Assembly (NCBI GenBank): GCA_049472335.1
Contig: JBLIRO010000099.1
Coordinates: 1-16,141 of the forward strand
DNA from: a bacterium
GTDB taxonomy: Bacteria > SZUA-182 > DTGQ01 > JAFGSM01
DNA length: 16,141 bases
Direction: 5' to 3'
Part shown: in pieces, positions 1-7,679 of the stretch
How positions within the stretch are numbered: the stretch's first letter is position 1
Layout of the letters: the number at the start of each line of letters is the position of its first letter
Translations under genes and position numbers: made by a program
The notes under the pieces: model-generated
What the model was told of the DNA's origin: nothing
The model's database searches: none
The model's input: only the letters and a program-made list of their open reading frames with translations

Positions 1-38
1 GGCCTGCCAGCGTAAAACGCTGGCAGGCCGCCTTTTTT
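1..38 (+). terminator. Rho-independent terminator
   Basis: Perfect 12-bp GC-rich stem GGCCTGCCAGCG-TAAAA-CGCTGGCAGGCC (1-29), then GCC and a T6 tract (33-38). The stem may extend beyond the window edge, so bidirectionality cannot be judged. Confidence 0.8.
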
Positions 39-81
39 ATACCATTATACCATATACTATTTATGCAATAATCACAGTTAG

Positions 82-108
82 AGAAATCTCCCTTTGACAC
101 GTCCCCCT
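82..108. repeat. Dispersed repeat family A, copy 1 (AGAAATCTCCCTTTGACACGTCCCCCT)
   Basis: Aligns with 13739-13765 with 25 identical positions, 1 mismatch and 2 single-base gaps. Lies about 50 nt past the stop of a minus-strand gene. Confidence 0.65.
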
Positions 109-158
109 AACAGCGTCTTGATATGACAATAACGATTCCTGAAACTCCTGTTAGACAA

Positions 159-3140
159 TTAGTTTGGTTTATGGATCACAATAGATCCAGCGCCTATCAT
201 AGTTGCGGGATCTGCATCATCAGCATCTCCCATTTGATTGTCGTAAACAATGTTATCCTCATTATCCTTGTCCCATATTTTGATCCTGAACAAGTCCACC
301 TCAGTGCTGGGGGTGAATTCTGCATCTATAACCGAGAGTATGAATCCATAATTACCTTCATTGTTGATGGTGCCTGTACCCTTGTACTGCGCAAGGCTAT
401 TGGCTACTACTAACCAGTCATAGCTTTCGGAGTGAAAATTCAAATGGGCGACTTTGAAATTGAACTGGGTTTCTCCTGTTGGTATATTTGCTCCCTTTTT
501 GTATTTAGAGACAAAACCAAAGTTTGCTTTACCTGTTAGTGATGGATCCGGTGTATAAGCCCCTGCCACTGAGTCAATCCAACCTCCGCCCGTAACGAAA
601 CCACCATCAGGATTATATACAACAACATATTTGAAAGCTATTTCGCCTGAGGCTTCATTATCATCCGTTATTCTCAAAGTAATTGTATATACACCGGCAG
701 TCTCATAGATATGGCTTCCAGTTACACTTCTCCTTCCGAACTCATCGATTTCGGAACTTATTGTACCGTAATCCGAGGTTTCATCACCCCAATACCAAAT
801 AGCCCATGCGAGACAGGACTCTATAAATTTGGCACTTGTTTCAACCAATGAATTAACAATAATAGGATCTAAAGGCGCGCTGATTTCTTCTATTAACGGC
901 TCTATGTTGTCCTCAACCATTATCGTGGCTGTGCATTGTGAGCTGTTGCCATTGATATCGGTCACTGTCAGTGTAACCGTGTTGGGACCCACTTCAGCGC
1001 AGGTAAATGTATCGGGCGAGACTGACATAGTGTCTATACCACAGTTATCGGTGGAGCCGTTGTCTATCTGATCAGCCGTGATGGAGGCATTGCCCGTGAC
1101 ATCGAGTTCCACGGCTATGTCCTGGCATTGCCCCGCTGGCGACGTATTATCCTCTACTGTAACGGTGGCAGTGCACTGTGAGCTGTTACCATTGATATCG
1201 GTCACTGTCAGTGTGACCGAATTGGGACCCACTTCAGTGCAGGTAAATGTATTGGGCGAGACTGACATAGAGCCTATACCACAGTTATCGGTGGAGCCGT
1301 TGTCTATCTGATCGGCCGTTATGGAGACATTGCCTGTAGCATCGAGCTGCACGGTTATGTCCTGGCATACTGCAACAGGGGGAACATTATCTCCAATATA
1401 TTCATATGCGCCCATATCGTAGAAATCGCCATTAACTCCGGTACCGGTGTTGGGAGTGTAAGGATCATCGTAGCGTGGAGTGCCATCTTTGTCGGCGATT
1501 GGTGCCGGGTCATTGCTATTGGCAGCATCTATGCACGGCGAACCTGATAACAGATGATAATCTGCACCAAACAATGGATCCCCGTTGATATTGCCTGTTC
1601 CAGGGAAAATCCCACTGTCCCATCTAACATCTGAGTAACTAACACCAATGCTGCCATAAGCGTCCAGATATATTTCATTGCCATATAAGGCTGAATTATT
1701 CCATATAATGCTATTAATCACTGAACAGGAGGCATATCGGCACCATATCCCACCCCCATTTCCGTTAGGGACCGAATTTCCAGTAATAGTACAATTAATT
1801 AATGCGATCGATGAGTTCCAGTGGGAACAAATTCCACCACCATAAGAAACACTAGTATTATCATTAATAATACAATTTGTTATTCTCGGCTTAGAAAAGA
1901 AATAACTATAAATTGCGCCTGCACCAAATTCGGAGGTATTGTTACTAATATTACTATTAATTATTCTGGGATTAGATTTAGACGTGCAAGCTATTCCACC
2001 CCCCAAGATAGTTGTGGAGTTGTTTATAATTTTACAATTGTAGATCAAAGGATCTGATCTGTTGGAACAATATATACCTCCTGCAAGTTGGTTTTCAGTA
2101 ATCGTGCAGTTGCTAATATAAGGTCTGGAGTAGTTATTGAGATGTACCCCGACAGAGCCATTTTTAATTGTGAATCCATCAATTATAGTGCTGGTCCAAA
2201 TTATCCTATAACCATAAATTACCTTGTTTGTGCCTTCTTGGGCATCCAGGATAGTACTGCCCGCTCCGGATCCTATTAAAGATATACCGTTTCTCATATT
2301 AATTGGAAAGCTTTCGCCTAAGTCCGGATCATAGGTTCCAGGGGCCACATAAACGTTTATTCCGCTTCCGGATATATGATTTAAGGCATAGGTGATCGTC
2401 TTCCAGGGATTGGCAGAAGATCCGTCACCCAGGGCATCACTCCCGTTGACCGCATCTACATAAAAATCTGTATTGCTGGTAACTATAAATACTTCTGAAC
2501 CATCTGAATCGATTACATCAATACTGTTTGATGTAGCGGTCTGACCATCAGCGTTGATAACCATTAAATTCCAGTGCCCTGTTTCTACACCGGTGAGGTT
2601 AAACTCGCAGGTAATCTGGCTGGATGATTCCACCAGGACAGTGACTGCGTCTATATCTGAGTAGCCCTCCCGAATCAGTTTTACGTGTGATCCATTGAAA
2701 TTTTCACCAGTTATTGTAACTATAACATATCCTATATTTTGTTCTGTCTCCGGTGAGTTTGAGGTTATAACAGGGGCGGGCGGCAAGGTGAGGGTAAATC
2801 CGGCAGATAAGGTTGCGCTCTGCCCATCCGGATTGGTAACTGTCACATCCCAAGTGCCCGGATCTTCTCCCTCAAGGTCAAGTATACCATTAATCATGGT
2901 AGAGGACATTACGGTTGAGTCAACTAGTATATCCAGCTGACCTTCTTTACTCAGGATTACAGTTGCTCCCTCTTCAAAGCCACTCCCTGTCAATTCAGTG
3001 ATCTCGGTCATACCCCAGTTATTAGCTGTATTGGGTATGATTGAGCTAACATCAGGGGTGGCATATGCCGTCATTGAAAAGGCAAGAAAAAGCAATGTAA
3101 AGATAAATAGTACTAATCGTGCCTTAATATTCCTTAACAT
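159..3140 (-). CDS. Secreted multidomain surface protein: signal peptide, two IPT/TIG-like Ig domains, DUF1565-like/right-handed beta-helix, two HYR-like Ig repeats, PKD domain, C-terminal GFVTGGGWI-type domain
   Basis: 993-aa ORF with AGGAGG RBS at 3147-3152 and signal peptide ending AYA. Motifs: GTWDVTVTNPDGQ (IPT-like); FYVDAVNGSD..GS.ANPWKTITYAL and GGGIxC/IxNCxIxxN repeats ending YHLLSGSPCIDA (beta-helix); PVAVCQDITVQLD...STDNC x2; WYWGDET...HIYETAGVYTITLRITD (PKD). Confidence 0.9.
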   Translation of the reverse strand: MLRNIKARLVLFIFTLLFLAFSMTAYATPDVSSIIPNTANNWGMTEITELTGSGFEEGATVILSKEGQLDILVDSTVMSSTMINGILDLEGEDPGTWDVTVTNPDGQSATLSAGFTLTLPPAPVITSNSPETEQNIGYVIVTITGENFNGSHVKLIREGYSDIDAVTVLVESSSQITCEFNLTGVETGHWNLMVINADGQTATSNSIDVIDSDGSEVFIVTSNTDFYVDAVNGSDALGDGSSANPWKTITYALNHISGSGINVYVAPGTYDPDLGESFPINMRNGISLIGSGAGSTILDAQEGTNKVIYGYRIIWTSTIIDGFTIKNGSVGVHLNNYSRPYISNCTITENQLAGGIYCSNRSDPLIYNCKIINNSTTILGGGIACTSKSNPRIINSNISNNTSEFGAGAIYSYFFSKPRITNCIINDNTSVSYGGGICSHWNSSIALINCTITGNSVPNGNGGGIWCRYASCSVINSIIWNNSALYGNEIYLDAYGSIGVSYSDVRWDSGIFPGTGNINGDPLFGADYHLLSGSPCIDAANSNDPAPIADKDGTPRYDDPYTPNTGTGVNGDFYDMGAYEYIGDNVPPVAVCQDITVQLDATGNVSITADQIDNGSTDNCGIGSMSVSPNTFTCTEVGPNSVTLTVTDINGNSSQCTATVTVEDNTSPAGQCQDIAVELDVTGNASITADQIDNGSTDNCGIDTMSVSPDTFTCAEVGPNTVTLTVTDINGNSSQCTATIMVEDNIEPLIEEISAPLDPIIVNSLVETSAKFIESCLAWAIWYWGDETSDYGTISSEIDEFGRRSVTGSHIYETAGVYTITLRITDDNEASGEIAFKYVVVYNPDGGFVTGGGWIDSVAGAYTPDPSLTGKANFGFVSKYKKGANIPTGETQFNFKVAHLNFHSESYDWLVVANSLAQYKGTGTINNEGNYGFILSVIDAEFTPSTEVDLFRIKIWDKDNEDNIVYDNQMGDADDADPATMIGAGSIVIHKPN
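912..1391 (-). repeat. Intragenic tandem duplication, 2 x 240 nt (two 80-aa HYR-like domains)
   Basis: 912-1151 and 1152-1391 are colinear at an exact 240-nt period with long identical runs, e.g. CTATACCACAGTTATCGGTGGAGCCGTTGTCTATCTGATC. Confidence 0.95.
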
Positions 3141-3687
3141 CTTACGCCTCCTGTCTTCTTAGTTGCAGGGTTACTAAAATATCTATAAATAATTAAATAT
3201 CAACTTTTCCCCTCCTGATATTTTGGTTATTTTTTTTAAGTTATCCATAAAAAATCCAGCATATAAAATAAACGCTACCTCCTTTGTGATCTATTATTTT
3301 GGTTAGTAATATGGGGACTCATCAATAAAAACATCACATAAGACCAGAAAAATAAGATTAAACAATTTGTAGCTTGTTCAGTCGAGGTGATCTAGAAAGG
3401 CTTGTGGGTAAGGATTGATCTTTATGAATATTATAATACCCGGGGAAGGGGATATTGTTTTATAAATGTCGAAAACAATGGGGCAAAGACAATAAAAGAA
3501 TTATGAAAAAACAATTCTATAATCTAAAAATCCATATGGAATAATGGGAATACATTATGAGAAAATTCAATACTGGAGTCTAAATCATGATTCCCTTGGA
3601 AATTATACCATTGAAAAATATTATAATGAACAATAAACTTGAAAAATCCATATAGGAATTATCAAAGAACAATTTATACTACTAATA

Positions 3688-3717
3688 ATAGTAAACACGA
3701 TAATTTAGATTTGTCAA
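3688..3717 (-). promoter_or_regulatory. Candidate sigma-70 promoter for the 993-aa gene
   Basis: Minus strand TTGACA (3717-3712), 18-nt spacer, TACTAT (3693-3688). It is about 550 nt upstream of the start, and the AT-rich context raises the chance of a random match. Confidence 0.35.
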
Positions 3718-3783
3718 TAGGGAAAAATCCTAAAATTTCTTTCAGAGAAATAATGCAATTGTGCCAGAAAATATTTTTTAAAT

Positions 3784-3815
3784 GGAAGATCTGAATTTAT
3801 CTCCACTTTCAATTT
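3784..3815. repeat. Dispersed repeat family B, copy 1 (GGAAGATCTGAATTTATCTCCACTTTCAATTT)
   Basis: 31/32 identical to 16023-16054, same orientation, both intergenic. Confidence 0.9.
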
Positions 3816-3916
3816 CTCAAAAAATGTCAAGTCAAGAACATCTGCCATAATTGAAATTGCTGGTTTTGACGTATGTTTATTAAATGTGTATTATTTGAAT
3901 AATAATTACTTTTTAA

Positions 3917-4223
3917 ATACGAAGATTACTTGCCCTGGCTAATGAATATCCAACATTAAAAAATGCTGCTATAACTGAAGCACTTAAATATATTTGAGTC
4001 AAATTGCCGAATGACTTTAAAGCTGAAAATTTAAGATATATATCACAAACAGAATATCCATACCAAAAAGAGCGAAAAAAATGGAAAGGAAAAATTGAAT
4101 TTAAAAAGGGCGGGCCATCTTTTTCAATCAGATCCAGAAGATGTATTAGCAGTACTAACAGAGGCTATAGAACAAACAGTCAGTCCAAATTCACCTCCAG
4201 TATTAATATTGACGCAATCGTAA
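3917..4223 (+). pseudogene. Possible degraded gene remnant
   Basis: Protein-like frame RRLLALANEYPTLKNAAITEALKYI*VKLPNDFKAENLRY is interrupted by TGA at 3995-3997. It continues after a frameshift near A-runs as LKRAGHLFQSDPEDVLAVLTEAIEQ to TAA at 4221-4223. No start codon or RBS. Confidence 0.3.
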
Positions 4224-4402
4224 AAATTCGTTTCGGAGTCCGGGGCCTTTTTTAAAGGCCCTAAGGCTCGCTTCATTGTGCTGAAAGGCATTAACAAAAA
4301 ATGCCAATGACTCTTTCAATGACTTTTTAGCGGTTCGATAACACAATTGTCATAATTAGGATTGCCGGTCAAATAAACGATACCCGGCAAAGGAGGCTAC
4401 CA

Positions 4403-7400
4403 ATGAAAAAACATCTGGCGTTTATCTGGATATTGGGGTGCATTCTTTTCATATTGGCTCCGTTTGTGCAAGCGGAAGAAGGAAGGATTTACCCATGGGA
4501 TGAAGATATTGATGTCGAAGGTGGTTCTCCTCAAGCCTTTTCAGATAAGGAAGGGGGAGTAATTGTCATCTGGAAAGAAGACCATTTGAAGGCACAACGC
4601 ATGAATCACAGAGGAGAGAAGCTATGGAGCACCGGCTGGAATACTGATGGAATCGATATCACATCCAAAACCGGAATTGACCGGTGGGAAGCTGTCAGTG
4701 ATGGGAAGGGTGGGGTTATCGTTGCATGGATCGGAGATAATCAATTTGGGCTTAAAAGGGTATGGGCGCAGCGGATTAACGGGGATGGAAATCGATTATG
4801 GAAACCGGGTGGCGATCCCTTGTCTGATGTAGAGGTCGCTGATATATCTTCAAGTCTGATTACTGTCTGTTCAGACAGGCAAAACGGCGCCTTTATAGGG
4901 CTGGCCGTCTCATCTGGAGCCCGTGTTATACATATTAACTCAAGCGGTTCCCTCTCACAACAAGGAAAAAACGGTATTCTCATTCCAGGCTCTACATATT
5001 GGATTGAGGGCATATCCCTCGCCGCTGATTCAGGAGCGGCACTGCTCGCATGGAAATACTCTAACTTTTTTGTTGAACGTCGTGGCAAGATTTATCTCCA
5101 GAAGATTAGTACCGGTCTCACCTTTCCTTGGGGAAGCACACCAAAGATTATAACGAATTTCATCGGGATTGAAAATTTCAGGATAACGAGTGACAGCCAG
5201 GGAGGCTTTCTCGTCGCCTGGGTTTCAAATACTGACATCAGTTCCGGAAATTTAAGGGAGCTACGTGGTCAGAGGATTAACAGTAATGGCACGAACCAGT
5301 GGCGGACAAACGGGGTCCTTATTTTTAATCTTGATAAGAAGTATTACAATAGCAATTACGATTTTGAAATAATTGCCGACGGCACAGGCGGTATGATTAT
5401 TTCCTGGATGGATTACAGGAACGCAGATACGGCGCCTCCCTATGGAGCCAGTTCAGATGTTTTTGCCCAGCGGCTTGACAGCAGTGGTAACATTCAATGG
5501 GAGCCCAACGGCGTGCTTCTACCCCCCTGGATCAAGGACGGCGCTGCTCCAGGAACCCAAAATGATATAGATATGGTTGGAGACGGTTTCGGCGGGGCCA
5601 TTGTCACCTATTCCGATTTTGCCAACATATCTCTTGATATCAGCGCGACTCGGCTTAGCATTAATGGCGACAAGCTATGGTCAAAATATGTTCATAGCGA
5701 TTATTATGATGAATCGGCATGGGATACCTCGCCAACCATTGTGTTCGATAATTCCGGTCCTGATCCCAAAGGTGCGAATATTATCTGGCATCATTCAAGT
5801 AACAACACCTTCATGGGCGCCAAGATAGAGATAACCTGCCCGGAGGATAAGGACAACGATGGGTATACCACCTGGTTTATCAGTACTGAACAGGAGGATT
5901 GCAACGATAATGATGAAACCATATATCCCGGAGCCCCTGAAATATTCTGTGACGGCATTGATCAGGACTGTGACGGCAGCGATGCCAAAAACAACACATG
6001 CATCGATAATGACAAGGACGGTTCAATGGCAATTGATGACTGTGATGATGATGATCCGGCAATAAATCCATCAGCCACCGAATTATGTGATGGCCGGGAT
6101 AATGACTGTGACAACTCAACTGACGAAGGATTTCAAATCGGTGCGCCTTGTAGCGTCGGATTGGGTGCATGCCGGCGGTCAGGAGGCTATGTATGCTCCC
6201 CAAGTAATCCGAACCTCGCCATTTGTGACGCAGTGCCTGGCGATCCGGCCGTGGAGATCTGTGATGGATTCGATAATGATTGCGACGGCAGCGTGGATGA
6301 AGAATTGACTGCGCCGCTGGCAGACAAGCAGCATGGCGTCTGTGCTAACCAGACAAAGGTTTGTGACGGCATCAACGGCTATATCGAACCTGATTACACC
6401 CTGATCCCGGAATATGAAGACAACGAGATCACCTGTGATTCCCTGGACAATGACTGTGACAACATGGTTGATGAAGACCTTGCCGTCGATAGAGACCAGG
6501 ACGGCATCTTTGCTGCCGGCTCCTGCGCTGCACCGCCCTATGATTGCGATGATAATGATCGATATATCAGCGCCTGTAATACGCCGCCAAGCGAGGGACC
6601 GGTCTCTGTGGTTGCTGAGGACGGCAGCGGTGTCCAGGTGGTGTTCCCTAATGTCAAAAATGGCGGTACGACAGAGATAACCTCGGTGAATTGTTCGGAC
6701 ATTCCACCCGGAATCTATCTTAACCAAGAAAATCCTATCTGTGTTAAGATTGAAACAACATTGAAAAATGAGGATTATGACGGACTGATTAAGATCTGTA
6801 TGACTTACGACGATAAGGAGTGCACAAAGGATCCCGTATCGCAGGAACTTTGTGAAAGAAGTTTTAGGATTATCAAATGTGATAACTCCGGCAATTGTTC
6901 TGATCTTTCCACGATCAGTCAAGATATCGAGGAGAACCGGATTTGCTCATTGACGGATAGTTTTTCCTTATTTGTCATCGGCGTGCCGTCGGATTCGGAC
7001 AATGACGGCTTTAACGACTTTGAGGATAATTGTCCCAACATATGGAATTTATTTCAGAATGACGATGACGGAGACGATGTGGGCAATGTTTGCGATAATT
7101 GCCCGGATGAAGGCAATCCGGACCAACTGGACACAGATGAAGACGGCCTGGGTGATGTATGTGATCCATATCCCGATGACCCGGATAACACTCTTGAGTT
7201 CTCTATGGAGACCCCCTCCGGTTGGAGTATGATCTCACTGCCGGTTGATCCTGAAGATAAGACCCTTTCCGCCTTATTCCCGGATGCCTCGGTAGTCTAT
7301 GGTTATGAGAAGGGAACCGGCTACAAGCGGGTAGGTAACAATGACACCCTGGAGGTTGGCCTGGCATATTGGATATTATTAAATGAGGGACCAAAGACAT

Positions 7401-7648
7401 ATACACTGAGAGGGCAGCCGATCAATTGCTATACCCTTGATGTTAATGCGGATGGATGGTTAATGATTGGTGGATGTACTGAAGAGGCTAATGTCTCGGT
7501 TGATAATGGCAATATTGGTGTTATATACAGGCATAAAACTGGAAGCGGTTACCTGCGTGTGACAGGATCTGAAACCCTTAAACCCGGGCAGGGGTATTGG
7601 ATACTGATAAGAGATACAGGTGAGACAGGCAGGATTAGAGTTGAATAG
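4403..7648 (+). CDS. Secreted multidomain protein: N-terminal SDGxGG/AQR repeat (beta-propeller-like) region, MopE-like Cys/Asp metal-binding repeats, thrombospondin type 3 repeats, duplicated C-terminal GW..I/GYWI domain
   Basis: 1081-aa ORF with AAGGAGG RBS just upstream and signal peptide ending VQA. Repeated DGxGGxIVxW...AQRxxxxG..W; several DCDDxD..PGAxExCDGxDNDCD units; DSDNDG..D.EDNCP...DDDGDDVGNVCDNCP (TSP3); GWSMISLPV...YWIL and GWLMIGG...GQGYWIL. Confidence 0.9.
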   Translation: MKKHLAFIWILGCILFILAPFVQAEEGRIYPWDEDIDVEGGSPQAFSDKEGGVIVIWKEDHLKAQRMNHRGEKLWSTGWNTDGIDITSKTGIDRWEAVSDGKGGVIVAWIGDNQFGLKRVWAQRINGDGNRLWKPGGDPLSDVEVADISSSLITVCSDRQNGAFIGLAVSSGARVIHINSSGSLSQQGKNGILIPGSTYWIEGISLAADSGAALLAWKYSNFFVERRGKIYLQKISTGLTFPWGSTPKIITNFIGIENFRITSDSQGGFLVAWVSNTDISSGNLRELRGQRINSNGTNQWRTNGVLIFNLDKKYYNSNYDFEIIADGTGGMIISWMDYRNADTAPPYGASSDVFAQRLDSSGNIQWEPNGVLLPPWIKDGAAPGTQNDIDMVGDGFGGAIVTYSDFANISLDISATRLSINGDKLWSKYVHSDYYDESAWDTSPTIVFDNSGPDPKGANIIWHHSSNNTFMGAKIEITCPEDKDNDGYTTWFISTEQEDCNDNDETIYPGAPEIFCDGIDQDCDGSDAKNNTCIDNDKDGSMAIDDCDDDDPAINPSATELCDGRDNDCDNSTDEGFQIGAPCSVGLGACRRSGGYVCSPSNPNLAICDAVPGDPAVEICDGFDNDCDGSVDEELTAPLADKQHGVCANQTKVCDGINGYIEPDYTLIPEYEDNEITCDSLDNDCDNMVDEDLAVDRDQDGIFAAGSCAAPPYDCDDNDRYISACNTPPSEGPVSVVAEDGSGVQVVFPNVKNGGTTEITSVNCSDIPPGIYLNQENPICVKIETTLKNEDYDGLIKICMTYDDKECTKDPVSQELCERSFRIIKCDNSGNCSDLSTISQDIEENRICSLTDSFSLFVIGVPSDSDNDGFNDFEDNCPNIWNLFQNDDDGDDVGNVCDNCPDEGNPDQLDTDEDGLGDVCDPYPDDPDNTLEFSMETPSGWSMISLPVDPEDKTLSALFPDASVVYGYEKGTGYKRVGNNDTLEVGLAYWILLNEGPKTYTLRGQPINCYTLDVNADGWLMIGGCTEEANVSVDNGNIGVIYRHKTGSGYLRVTGSETLKPGQGYWILIRDTGETGRIRVE

Positions 7649-7679
7649 GCAGAAAAGAGATAACCTCATCACTCTATCA

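Noticed and set aside
123..2940. Short plus-strand ORFs inside the 993-aa gene, including two similar ~80-aa ORFs
   Set aside because: Antisense shadows whose similarity merely reflects the 240-nt duplication.
3754..3766. Sigma-54-like TGGCACAATTGCA on the minus strand
   Set aside because: GG-to-GC spacing is 7 nt rather than the strictly required 10.
3806..3815. CTTTCAAT (reverse complement of the CRISPR repeat end ATTGAAAG) in repeat family B and at 4313-4320
   Set aside because: There is no regularly spaced repeat-spacer array, the copies are kilobases apart, and no cas genes are present.
4004..4255. 83-aa ORF as an intact gene
   Set aside because: TTG start without RBS, and the protein-like sequence appears to span a stop and a frameshift, so it is treated as a possible relic.
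4205..4310. c-di-GMP-I riboswitch-like fragments (GACGCAA, CCTAAGG)
   Set aside because: The GGCAAA/GAAA-loop first hairpin and the consensus spacing are missing.
5880..6922. Antisense ORFs of 107, 247 and 62 aa
   Set aside because: Shadow frames of the repetitive, GC-richer 1081-aa gene with no recognisable motifs.
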